Under the pieces are notes generated by a model. That model saw only the letters and a program-made list of their open reading frames with translations, was not told the DNA's origin and made no database searches. Both the position numbers and the translations under genes were made by a program. A DNA stretch of 64,000 nt from Betaproteobacteria bacterium (GTDB taxonomy: Bacteria; Pseudomonadota; Gammaproteobacteria; Burkholderiales; Burkholderiaceae_E), in assembly GCA_043760705.1 (NCBI GenBank), contig JAYUOT010000001.1, positions 53,231 to 117,230 on the forward strand, in the 5' to 3' direction. This document shows positions 1 through 8,821 of this stretch, one piece after another (position 1 is the stretch's first letter; every line of letters begins with the position of its first letter).

Positions 1-249
1 GCTTCTAATCAAAGCGTGCTGCCGATTGGGATTTTGTTTGTGATGTTTGGCGTCGTGTGCATGCTGATCGCTCTGAACGCTCATCGCATGATGATCGAAG
101 CGATTCGCCTCAGGATATCCAATGAACGGTTAGCCGAGCAACGCACACAAGAGGCGCGCCGCGAGGATCGCATCTTGCTGATGAGAATTGTCTATACGCT
201 ACGACGAGCTAGAGCTGGGAGTTTGGAGCCCACATTTGATCTTGTGTGA
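1..249 (+). CDS. 3' end of a membrane/coiled-coil protein (5' end outside the window)
   Basis: The frame is open from base 1. It has a hydrophobic segment, LPIGILFVMFGVVCMLIAL, followed by a charged helix. No family recognised. Confidence 0.3.
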   Translation, partial: ASNQSVLPIGILFVMFGVVCMLIALNAHRMMIEAIRLRISNERLAEQRTQEARREDRILLMRIVYTLRRARAGSLEPTFDLV

Positions 250-315
250 TCAACGCCTGCCTAGGCACAGTCGATTCAGCGAGCGCTTGCCTTGCAAACA
301 TAAGCAAGCGAGATG

Positions 316-340
316 AAAAAAGGCCGCTAGAGGCCTTTTT
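316..340. terminator. Bidirectional rho-independent terminator hairpin
   Basis: aaaaaaggcc (316-325), loop gctaga, then ggccttttt (332-340). The stem is perfect, with an A-run on one side and a T-run on the other. It lies between convergent genes. Confidence 0.65.
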
Positions 341-367
341 AAATTCGAACCACCAGGGTTCGATGCA

Positions 368-709
368 TTACTTTTTTGTATTAGTCGTTATGATGTAAGA
401 CCACAGGAACTCGTACTCTTCCTGCTTGAGATTATCACCCCATGCTGGCATGGCGCGAACGCCATTACGTACTGAGTTCAGAAAGCGAGGCTTCTCCTCC
501 TTGGTGAGCTTACGCAGATCAAAGAAAGAATTTCCCGACACCTGCATATTCAGGCCATGACAGCGTGCGCAAAAACTGGTGTATACCTTCTTGCCTTCGC
601 TGGCCTTACTTGGATCGAAACTGGTGTCATCGGCCGCAAAAGCGGGGGCCTGAGCCCCCGCGATTAGCGCCGCAACAAGTGCTCCTTGGAGCACAGCGGC
701 AAACTTCAT
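368..709 (-). CDS. Small periplasmic c-type cytochrome, likely electron acceptor of the adjacent PQQ dehydrogenase
   Basis: Signal peptide ending AFA, a single CxxCH haem motif (CARCHG) and a distal Met (AMPAWG). It starts 13 bp downstream of the dehydrogenase gene. Confidence 0.85.
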   Translation of the reverse strand: MKFAAVLQGALVAALIAGAQAPAFAADDTSFDPSKASEGKKVYTSFCARCHGLNMQVSGNSFFDLRKLTKEEKPRFLNSVRNGVRAMPAWGDNLKQEEYEFLWSYIITTNTKK

Positions 710-722
710 ATGAGCCCTCTAC

Positions 723-2426
723 TTATTTCAGAGCAAAAGTCCAAACCGAACTTCCTGGAGGTACAGGAGGCAGGTTAGGGTCACCGCCGAGCGCTGCGTA
801 AACCGTTGCAGCGCCGCTGGTGACAGTCACGTACTGCTTGCCCTTGTGTTCCCAAACGATGGGCAGGCCAGAGATACCGGAGCCCGTTTGGAACTGCCAG
901 AGCTTTTTGCCGTTCTTGGCGTCATAGGCGAGGAATTCACCGGTTTGAGCGCCGGTAAAGACAATACCGCCTGCGGTGGACACTACACCCGACCAGAAGG
1001 GTACTTTTGTAGCCACTTCCCACTTGGTTTTGCCAGTGACTGGATCAATCGCAGACAAGTAGCCGCGATTGCCGTCTTTGGGCTCAACCCAGCCGCCAAT
1101 GTCTACGCCGAGATACCAAGCACCTTGCTTATACTCAGGTTTGACCGTTTTGTACTTCCAGCCGAAGTTCAGGGTGTTGGCATAAACCAACCCAGTACCA
1201 GGGTGAAAGCTAACGGGTTGCCAGTTCTTGGCACCAAAAACGTTAGGCCACACATCGACGTGGTCTTTCATTTCCAAGGTGGCACGAACGTTCTTGGTGA
1301 GATCGGTGTCGATCGGACGACCGGTTTTCATGTCGATGCCGCTGGCCCAATTCACTGTCTTGGCATATTGGTTTGCTGCGAGCAGCTTGCCATTAGCACG
1401 GTCAAGAACATAGAAGAAGCCATTACGGTTCGCGTTCAGCAGAGCTTTGGTGGGCTTGCCTGCGACATTGATGTCAGCGAGGACCATCTCGTTCACACTG
1501 TCGTAATCGTATGGATCACCTGGTGAGAACTGGAAGTGCCACTTGATTTCGCCAGTTTTCGGGCTGATCGCCAGAACCGAGCAAACATAAAGTGAGTCAC
1601 CACCGCGGAACGCTGCGTTCCATGGACCGGCATTACCTGTACCCCAATAAACGAGGTCAAGCTCAGGATCATAACTGCCAGTAATCCAAGTGGACGCACC
1701 ACCCTTCAAATACTGATCCTTCTCTTTCCAGGTGTCGCCACCCTTCTCGTCAGGTGCAGCCGTGGTGAAGCGTGTCCACAACTCTTTACCTGTTTTTGGA
1801 TCCCAGCCTTTAATAAAGCCGCGAGTGCCGAACTCACCACCGGACATGCCGGTTAATACGACGCCATTGGCGACCAAAGGAGCGTGGGTCATTGACACAC
1901 CGGTCTTGTAGTCACCGGCTTTCATTTTCCAGAGAGTCTTGCCATCCGCAGCGTTGATGGCCATGACATGCGCATCGAGAGCCGTACGGAAAATCACGCC
2001 GTCTTGAATGGCCAAGCCACGGGAATGAATACCGCAGCATAGGAAGCCGTTGATGTCCGCAGGCAACTCAACCGGGACTTTCCATTTGACTTTACCTGTG
2101 AGCGCGTCGACGGCCATCGTCGAATCATGCACTGCAACATACATCATGCCGTTGTGGACGAGCGGCTGGGTCGAGGCATTCGCCAAGCTACCCATGCTGG
2201 CATTCCAAATCGGAGTTAAGCCCTTGATGTTGGCCGGAGTGATTTGCTTGCCAGGGGAATAACGTTGCGCGTTATAGCCCATGCCGTAGGTGAGGACATC
2301 GCCGCCATTACCGGCATCTGCCTTCAGTTCGCTGGCTGTTTGGGCATTGATGCTTGAGCTAAAGCTCGCAGCAGCAATCAGGCCCACTAGTGCGCCCAGC
2401 CGCACTAATTTACTGGTCTTAGTCAT
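723..2426 (-). CDS. PQQ-dependent alcohol dehydrogenase, methanol/ethanol family (quinoprotein)
   Basis: Vicinal CC (FLCCGIH), repeated W-containing propeller motifs, DPYDYDS active-site region and a signal peptide. The ORF opens at 2453, but the ATG at 2426 has a GGAG 7 nt upstream. Confidence 0.9.
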   Translation of the reverse strand: MTKTSKLVRLGALVGLIAAASFSSSINAQTASELKADAGNGGDVLTYGMGYNAQRYSPGKQITPANIKGLTPIWNASMGSLANASTQPLVHNGMMYVAVHDSTMAVDALTGKVKWKVPVELPADINGFLCCGIHSRGLAIQDGVIFRTALDAHVMAINAADGKTLWKMKAGDYKTGVSMTHAPLVANGVVLTGMSGGEFGTRGFIKGWDPKTGKELWTRFTTAAPDEKGGDTWKEKDQYLKGGASTWITGSYDPELDLVYWGTGNAGPWNAAFRGGDSLYVCSVLAISPKTGEIKWHFQFSPGDPYDYDSVNEMVLADINVAGKPTKALLNANRNGFFYVLDRANGKLLAANQYAKTVNWASGIDMKTGRPIDTDLTKNVRATLEMKDHVDVWPNVFGAKNWQPVSFHPGTGLVYANTLNFGWKYKTVKPEYKQGAWYLGVDIGGWVEPKDGNRGYLSAIDPVTGKTKWEVATKVPFWSGVVSTAGGIVFTGAQTGEFLAYDAKNGKKLWQFQTGSGISGLPIVWEHKGKQYVTVTSGAATVYAALGGDPNLPPVPPGSSVWTFALK

Positions 2427-2597
2427 TAAGTCTCCTCGATGAGAACGGTTCAAATTTTGAGTTGATGTTCAAGCCACTACCCTCCGTAGTGTTTGCGTTG
2501 ATTGGGATAATCGCCAATCGACTTGCGCTTGATGTATCACGAGCGATTGAACATCAGTTTGCTCGCTTTAGCAAGCCTCCATTCCGAAACCTTTATC

Positions 2598-2999
2598 CTA
2601 AGTACGATATTTCTCATCGGAGGGTATTTGATAGCCGATCGCGATTCGGTTCGTCGTGCTGGCTAAAGCGACGACTCGCATGAACTCCCGATGCTGTTCC
2701 TCGCTTAGGCCTTTCGCTTTCGCCGCGGCCGTATGTGTGGTGATGCAGTACTCGCAATTGTTGGCAATACTGACCGCGACGTAGATCAGTTCTTTGGTGA
2801 GTGCATCCAAAGTGCCCGGAGCCATGACCTGTTTGGCTTGTCCCCAAACATGAGTAAGTTGCTCGGGATCGTTGGCGAGCACCCGCCAAAAGTCGTTGAT
2901 GTATTCGGTATTGCGCGTGCGGCGAATATCTTCAAAGACTTTCAGAGCCGCGGGACTGACTTCGTGGTCATTTAGCTTGGGTAAGATCGGCATAGTCAT
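2598..2999 (-). CDS. Carboxymuconolactone decarboxylase / AhpD-like family protein
   Basis: CxxC-His motif NNCEYCITTH, typical of the CMD/AhpD fold; about 130 aa. Confidence 0.8.
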   Translation of the reverse strand: MTMPILPKLNDHEVSPAALKVFEDIRRTRNTEYINDFWRVLANDPEQLTHVWGQAKQVMAPGTLDALTKELIYVAVSIANNCEYCITTHTAAAKAKGLSEEQHREFMRVVALASTTNRIAIGYQIPSDEKYRT

Positions 3000-3107
3000 T
3001 TCCTTGGGGGTGGGTCGAATGCATTTTAAAGGGGGCGTCAGTGAACTCTCCGAAGTGATGCTTCTAAAGCATGCACTATGATGCTGGTCTTAGCAAAAAG
3101 GCAGGAC

Positions 3108-4037
3108 ATGAACCTATTGATTTTAGGGGCGGGAGCCATTGGCGGCTATTTTGGTGCGCGTCTGATTGAAGCTGGGCAGGACGTTACTTTTCTAGTCCGC
3201 CAACCCCGCAAAGCACAACTCGACTCCCAGGGCTTGAAGCTTACGAGCCAGTGTGGTGACTATGCTGCGCCCGTGAATGCGGTGACGAGCGTCGCCGCCG
3301 ATGATCACTACGATGTCGTCATCCTGAGCTGCAAGGCTTACGACCTGGATTCGGCGATGGCGGCGGTTCGTCCAGCCGTGGGAGCAACGACCGTCGTGCT
3401 GCCTCTCCTGAATGGACTCGCGCACATGGAGCGACTCAACGAAACGTTTGGCGCACAGCGCGTGCTGGGCGGACTCGCCAAAATAGTGATCGCGCAATCA
3501 AGCGATGGAAGTATTCAACATCTCAATGATTGGCGCACGGTAATTTTTGGCGAGCAAAACGGTGGACTAAGTGCTCGGGTTCAGGCTCTTCAAGAGGCTT
3601 TTCCTAAGGATTCAGTGTTAGCCGGGGCCGTTCCAGATATTCAACAAAAAATGTGGGAAAAGCTCGTACACCTTTCAACCGTGGCGACCCTGACCTGTTT
3701 GATGCGGGCGAGCGTTGGCGAAATCGCCCGCGTGCCCGGCGGTACCGAGCTGTTTTTGAGAGTGTTGGACTTAAACGCCAAAATTGCGACCTGTGAAGGC
3801 CATCCACCGCCGGAAGCCTTTTTGGCTGACTATCGCCAACTGTTTGCAGACCAAAGTGCGCCCTACGTGCCCTCTATCTTGCGCGACATCGAGCGTCATA
3901 AACCCATCGAGGGTGATCATATTGTCGGCTTCATGCTCGACAAGGCGCGTCAGCACGGGTTGGATTCGAGTTTGCATGAAATCGCGTATCTACATTTGCG
4001 TGCCTATGAAGAAAGGCGCCGCGCCGGTCGGCTTTGA
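3108..4037 (+). CDS. Ketopantoate reductase (PanE/ApbA) family oxidoreductase
   Basis: N-terminal Rossmann motif MNLLILGAGAIGGYFGARL and a family-typical C-terminal domain. The ORF opens at 3078; the ATG at 3108 fits the Rossmann start. Confidence 0.8.
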   Translation: MNLLILGAGAIGGYFGARLIEAGQDVTFLVRQPRKAQLDSQGLKLTSQCGDYAAPVNAVTSVAADDHYDVVILSCKAYDLDSAMAAVRPAVGATTVVLPLLNGLAHMERLNETFGAQRVLGGLAKIVIAQSSDGSIQHLNDWRTVIFGEQNGGLSARVQALQEAFPKDSVLAGAVPDIQQKMWEKLVHLSTVATLTCLMRASVGEIARVPGGTELFLRVLDLNAKIATCEGHPPPEAFLADYRQLFADQSAPYVPSILRDIERHKPIEGDHIVGFMLDKARQHGLDSSLHEIAYLHLRAYEERRRAGRL

Positions 4038-4079
4038 GACTCGTGCTCGAGATCTGTCTCGCCGTGCCTTGGAGCGACC

Positions 4080-5039
4080 TTACTTAGCTTGAATGCCCGC
4101 GGCTTGAGCGACTCGTCTAAATCGTTCGATCTCTGCGATGACGAAAGCCTTTAGATCTTGCGGGCCCAGATCCATGAGTTTGGCGGGCTGACCCGCTTGA
4201 TAGGTTCTAGCTTCCGGGCTCGCCATAACCTTTTTGAATCCTTCGTAAAGCTTATGGGTGATGTCATCGGGCGTGTCCGAGCGCACGAAGAATGAGGCCC
4301 ACACGTAGGACTCAAAATCCGCGTAACCACTTTCCTTCATCGTGGGAATGTCGGGAAAGGCCGGGTCGCGCAGGTTACCCGTGATGGCCAAGGCACGAAG
4401 TCTGCCGTCGCGGATTCGAGGTGCCGCTCCGGCGAAATCAATGGCACCGGTGGTGAGCTGGCCGCCCATGATGTCGACCATCATGGGCTCGCCACCTTTA
4501 TAGGGCACAGCATTGATTTGAAGATTGGTGGCGGTGCCTAACCAGGCGCCCATCAATTCATAGCCTGCCGAATAATTGCCAACGTTCAAGGACAGCCCAC
4601 TTTTCTTGGTTGCGTCGACCATGTCTTTCACGGTCTTGTAAGGGGAGTCTGCGCGCACGATGAATGCGACGGGTGCAATGCTCACCCCTATGACTGGTCT
4701 AAAGTCTTTGATCGAGTCATAAGGCAGGTTCTTCATGACCACCGGATTGACGGTCATGGGCGAGTTGGTGGCCATCAGGATGGTGTAACCATCTGCGGCT
4801 GCGCTCTTGACGGACTGCACCGCGATGATTCCGCTACCACCCGGCTTGTTTTCGACGAGCACGGGTTGACCCCAAAGCTTGGACAAGAGATCGCCATAAA
4901 AGCGCGAGCTGGTATCGGCGCCACTACCGGCGGTAAACGGCACCAAGATTTTGATGGGCCTGTTCGGGTAGTTGGCGACCTGCGGGTAACCCATTGCGGG
5001 GGCGAGCGCCAACAACAATGCAAAGATAGTTTTTTTCAT
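4080..5039 (-). CDS. Bug family (TctC-like) tripartite tricarboxylate transporter substrate-binding protein
   Basis: Signal peptide, then YPNRPIKILVPFTAGSGADT, the hallmark N-terminus of Bug proteins; about 320 aa. Confidence 0.9.
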   Translation of the reverse strand: MKKTIFALLLALAPAMGYPQVANYPNRPIKILVPFTAGSGADTSSRFYGDLLSKLWGQPVLVENKPGGSGIIAVQSVKSAAADGYTILMATNSPMTVNPVVMKNLPYDSIKDFRPVIGVSIAPVAFIVRADSPYKTVKDMVDATKKSGLSLNVGNYSAGYELMGAWLGTATNLQINAVPYKGGEPMMVDIMGGQLTTGAIDFAGAAPRIRDGRLRALAITGNLRDPAFPDIPTMKESGYADFESYVWASFFVRSDTPDDITHKLYEGFKKVMASPEARTYQAGQPAKLMDLGPQDLKAFVIAEIERFRRVAQAAGIQAK

Positions 5040-5136
5040 GGGTCAAACCTTTTGGACAAGGAAGCGATTTCTGGATAAACGTATGCGCTCGACGATGCCT
5101 TCGATGGAACTAGTGAAGGGCGCGCTCACGATGTGG

Positions 5137-6417
5137 TTAGGGGGTTGAGTTCGAGCTGGCTGACATTTGAGGGAGGTGTTGTTTCAGCACACCTTCTCGC
5201 ATCAATCGTTCCAAAGTTTCAGGCTTGACGCCAGCTTCGACAAGACATTCAAAACTGTGCTCGCCCAGATGCGGAGCCGCGCATCGAATCGTTGCAGGGG
5301 TACGCGCAAAAAGTGTCGTCGGACGCACGGCAATGGTGGCACCTTGCGTGGGATGCGCCAGCGGTTCAAACAAGCCCACCGCTTTGAGATGGGGATGCTC
5401 GGGAAGCTCGTCGATGCTGTATATCCTGGTGGCAGGAATGTCTAGTTGATCGCACAGAGCGAGACACTCGATACTCGTCATTTGGCGAGTGACTTCGGCC
5501 AGATCAAAGTACAGCTCTTTCACCCGAGCGTTACGCTCCTGGCGATCTTGGAAATTGTACTTGGCGGCGAGATCCTCACGGCCCACCGTTTTAAATAGCA
5601 CCGTCCAGTGCTCTGCGGTGTAAGGCAGCATGGCGACAAAGCCGTCTTGGGTAGGGGCCGGTTTACGACCCCCTGCCAAAATTCTGGCATAGCCTGCCTT
5701 GCTGGGCGGAGGCATGAAGCTCAAGCCACCAAGATGCTCGGCCAGCGTAAAAGCGGCCATCGTTTCCAGCATCGGCACTTCGACATACTGGCCCTGGCCC
5801 GTTCGTTCGCGGTGAAACAGCGCGGCCAAGACGGCATTGACCAGCGCCATGCCCGTGGTCTTGTCGGCTATCAAGGACGGTACGTAGTCGGGCTGACCGC
5901 TTTCGCGGCCGATTAAAGCGGCGAGACCACAGGCCGCTTGAATCACGTCGTCAAAAGCCGGGCGTCCTGCATCGGGTCCGCTCTGTCCAAAGCCAGTCGC
6001 CACACAGTAAACAACATTGGGGTTGAGCTTTTCAACCGCTCCATAGCCTAAACCAAGGCGCTCAATGGCGGGCACCCTCATATTGTGAACCACCACATCG
6101 ACTGTTTTGACTAACTCCAGTGCGAGCGCTTGACCACCCAAAGTTTTGAGGTCCAAAGCTACCGAGCGCTTGTTGCGATTGATCGCCAAAAAGATCGAAC
6201 TCATGCCCGGATTCTTTGACACGCCGTTAGAGCGCATGAGATCACCGTCAACACTTTCCAGCTTGATGATGTCCGCCCCAAAGTCGCCGAGAATCTGCGT
6301 GGCCAGGGGCCCTAAAACGACCGAGGTCAAGTCCAAAACACGGATCCCCCTCAGAGGTCCAGTGACTGGCCCAGCCCCGGTCTGGCTTGGCCTTGCGTTT
6401 AGTGGGGGCATGGTCAT
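5137..6417 (-). CDS. Family III CoA-transferase (CaiB/BaiF type)
   Basis: GIRVLDLTSVVLGPLATQILGDFGADIIKLE N-terminal motif; about 420 aa. Confidence 0.9.
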   Translation of the reverse strand: MTMPPLNARPSQTGAGPVTGPLRGIRVLDLTSVVLGPLATQILGDFGADIIKLESVDGDLMRSNGVSKNPGMSSIFLAINRNKRSVALDLKTLGGQALALELVKTVDVVVHNMRVPAIERLGLGYGAVEKLNPNVVYCVATGFGQSGPDAGRPAFDDVIQAACGLAALIGRESGQPDYVPSLIADKTTGMALVNAVLAALFHRERTGQGQYVEVPMLETMAAFTLAEHLGGLSFMPPPSKAGYARILAGGRKPAPTQDGFVAMLPYTAEHWTVLFKTVGREDLAAKYNFQDRQERNARVKELYFDLAEVTRQMTSIECLALCDQLDIPATRIYSIDELPEHPHLKAVGLFEPLAHPTQGATIAVRPTTLFARTPATIRCAAPHLGEHSFECLVEAGVKPETLERLMREGVLKQHLPQMSASSNSTP

Positions 6418-6542
6418 TGTTGAAGGCTAGCACGAGTTCGGCGGTGACCCGAGATGACTCCAGTAATAGCGAAACACCTTGCTCGAGACAAACATTGCGA
6501 AATGGGTTCTGCGAAACTTCGCGCCGCTCGCATGCCCTCGGC

Positions 6543-7721
6543 ATGGCATCATGGTCGCTCAACGCCTTTGAGGAGTTCCAAATCGAAGCTTTAAGTATTG
6601 CCCCTTGTAGTTTGTCGCCCGAGTGCGAAAGTCTCCGCCTCCAGGTGCGTGGTTTTTTGGCTGAGGCGCTCCTCCACTACCCGTCGGCCAAGCGAGTCAG
6701 AAATTGGTCTGGCGCGGATGCCGAGTTTAGTCGCAAGCTCGGCGCCAAGGGCTGGATCGGCATGACCTGGCCTAAGCGCTATGGGGGTCAGGAGCGCTCC
6801 CTGCTCGAGCGTTATGTGGTCATGGAAGAGATGCTTGCTGCCGGTGCACCGGTTGGCGCACACTGGGTCGCTGAGCGTCAAAGCGCGCTCCTCCTAATGA
6901 GATTGTCGCCCGAGTTACTCGCCCCCCGTATCGTCCCTTCGATTGCCCGCGGTGAGACCTATTTTTGTATCGGCATGAGTGAGCCGGATTCGGGCTCGGA
7001 CCTTGCCTCGATCCGTACTCGAGCCGTTAATACAGCCAAGGGCTGGGTGATTAACGGTCGCAAAGTGTGGACCTCGCGCGCCCACACCTCTCATTACATG
7101 ATTGCACTGGTGCGCACGGGTGCGCAAAGCGAGCAGCGCCACGCGGGCATGTCGCAATTTTTGGTGGACATGAAAACCCCCGGTCTGACCGTGCGCCCGA
7201 TTCGAAATCAGTTGGGCGAGCATGACTTCAATGAAGTCACGTTCGATGACGTCTTGGTTCCCCATGAACACTTGATCGGCACCGAAGGCGATGGTTGGAA
7301 TCAGGTCTCTGGTGAGCTTGCTTTTGAGCGTAGCGGACCCGAGCGCTACTTGAGTAGTAGCCAGCTCTTGCTCGAAATGCTCGACAGTGCGGACGCCAAA
7401 GATTCACGCCATGCCGTGCAACTCGGGCGAATCGTCGCGAGTTATGCCACTTTGCGGCAGATGTCACTAGGGGTGTCGGGTATGTTGTCGCGCGGTGAGA
7501 ATCCCGCACTAGCGGCGGCCTTGGTCAAGGATCAAGGCGCCCTGGTCGAGCAAGCCATGCCCGATATCGCCCATGATCTCTTTGGCGGGATTGCTCCGCC
7601 AGATTCCGATCTTGCTGGGGCAATGTCCTACACTGCGCGCGCCGTGCCTTCCTTTTCGCTCCGGGGCGGAACCAGAGAAATTTTACGCGGAATCATCGCG
7701 AAAGGCTTGGGGCTACGATGA
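6543..7721 (+). CDS. Acyl-CoA dehydrogenase (FAD-binding subunit)
   Basis: GMSEPDSGSDLASI and GRKVWTS motifs, and a C-terminal GGTREI. The ORF opens at 6387, but that part overlaps the divergent CoA-transferase. The ATG at 6543 is more likely. Confidence 0.85.
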   Translation: MASWSLNAFEEFQIEALSIAPCSLSPECESLRLQVRGFLAEALLHYPSAKRVRNWSGADAEFSRKLGAKGWIGMTWPKRYGGQERSLLERYVVMEEMLAAGAPVGAHWVAERQSALLLMRLSPELLAPRIVPSIARGETYFCIGMSEPDSGSDLASIRTRAVNTAKGWVINGRKVWTSRAHTSHYMIALVRTGAQSEQRHAGMSQFLVDMKTPGLTVRPIRNQLGEHDFNEVTFDDVLVPHEHLIGTEGDGWNQVSGELAFERSGPERYLSSSQLLLEMLDSADAKDSRHAVQLGRIVASYATLRQMSLGVSGMLSRGENPALAAALVKDQGALVEQAMPDIAHDLFGGIAPPDSDLAGAMSYTARAVPSFSLRGGTREILRGIIAKGLGLR

Positions 7722-8812
7722 GCGCTTCCATGATTGAAGAAAGCGCTGCGCGCTTATTTGCAGACAATGTCGACAAAAGCGTTCTTGAGAAGTTCGAAGC
7801 CGGAATTTGGCCACACCAGCTTTGGTCCCTGCTCGTTGAAAATGGCCTGACCCTCGCGCTTGCGGCCGAAGGCTCGGGCGGCATTGAGGCTCCTTGGAGT
7901 GAGGCCTATCCGATCTTGCGGGGACTTGGGTATTGGCAGGTCCCCTTGCCACTCGCGGAAACTATGGTGGCTGCGCTGATGTTGTCACGAGCGGGCCTGG
8001 CGATTCCGGAAGGTGCCATTGCCCTGATCGACGAAACCCAAGCGACTGGCCTGAAGCGCGCCGAAGATGGTAGCTGGAGTGGCAAAGCCAGGAGTGTTCC
8101 CTGGGCGCGCTATTGCCGCTGGGCATTGGCCTCCGGACCAGCAGGTCTGGTGCTGTTTGATATTGCGCTCGAAGACCGGGCGGTGGGTACTGGCGTGGTG
8201 AGCCTGATTCAGCGCACTAATCCGGCGCTTGAGCCGGTGGACGAGCTTGGTTTTGCCAACGTGAGGGGTGTGGCTCAGGCCAACAATCCTTTCCCGAACC
8301 TGGCGAACCCGCTCCTTAGTTTTGGGGCATTGTGCCGCAGTGCGATGATGGTTGGGGCGATGGAGTGGCTACTCGAGCAGTCGGTGCAGTACGCCAAGGA
8401 CCGAGTCCAATTCGGCAAGCCGATTGGGCGCAATCAGGCTATTCAGCAGAGCTTGGCCTTGATGACAGGCGAGGTGGCCAGCGCCCGCATGGCCGCAATG
8501 GTGGCTTGTGCGGATGCGCCAGGCATTGCGAGCCAGGAAGGTGACTCCGCCTTGTTTAGTATTGCGGTGGCCAAGGTGCGGGTCGGTGAAGCCGCTACCC
8601 GTTCGGCGTCGATTGCGCACCAGGTGCATGGTGCGATTGGCTTCACCTACGAGCATGCCCTGAATTTTGCAACGCGCCGCCTATGGGCCTGGCGCGAAGC
8701 CTACGGTGCCGATGCCTGGTGGGCGCAGAAACTCGGAGAAGCCGCCATACAAAGTGGCGCACCAGGGTTTTGGCCGGGCATCACGGCGCGGCATTTTGCA
8801 CAACTCTCCTGA
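7718..8812 (+). CDS. Acyl-CoA dehydrogenase family protein (probable partner subunit)
   Basis: The ATGA start/stop overlaps the upstream ACAD. It has the ACAD C-terminal helical domain (QFGKPIGRNQAIQQ, HQVHGAIGFTYEH) but no SEPxxGSD-like motif. Confidence 0.8.
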   Translation: MSASMIEESAARLFADNVDKSVLEKFEAGIWPHQLWSLLVENGLTLALAAEGSGGIEAPWSEAYPILRGLGYWQVPLPLAETMVAALMLSRAGLAIPEGAIALIDETQATGLKRAEDGSWSGKARSVPWARYCRWALASGPAGLVLFDIALEDRAVGTGVVSLIQRTNPALEPVDELGFANVRGVAQANNPFPNLANPLLSFGALCRSAMMVGAMEWLLEQSVQYAKDRVQFGKPIGRNQAIQQSLALMTGEVASARMAAMVACADAPGIASQEGDSALFSIAVAKVRVGEAATRSASIAHQVHGAIGFTYEHALNFATRRLWAWREAYGADAWWAQKLGEAAIQSGAPGFWPGITARHFAQLS

Positions 8813-8821
8813 CCCGCTCCG

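Noticed and set aside
340-365. ggttcga-like sequence that might have been a tRNA T-arm
   Set aside because: There is no acceptor or anticodon arm pairing around it. It lies in the spacer after the terminator hairpin. No tRNA could be folded anywhere in the window.
846-1526. 226-aa plus-strand ORF, and other ORFs such as 1493-1702 and 2050-2262, within the PQQ dehydrogenase region
   Set aside because: They are antisense or out-of-frame shadows of a gene with strong family motifs, and none has motifs of its own.
6387-6542. 5' extension of the first acyl-CoA dehydrogenase
   Set aside because: It overlaps the start of the divergent CoA-transferase and adds a non-ACAD Ser/Arg-rich leader. The ATG at 6543 leaves a normal divergent intergenic region.
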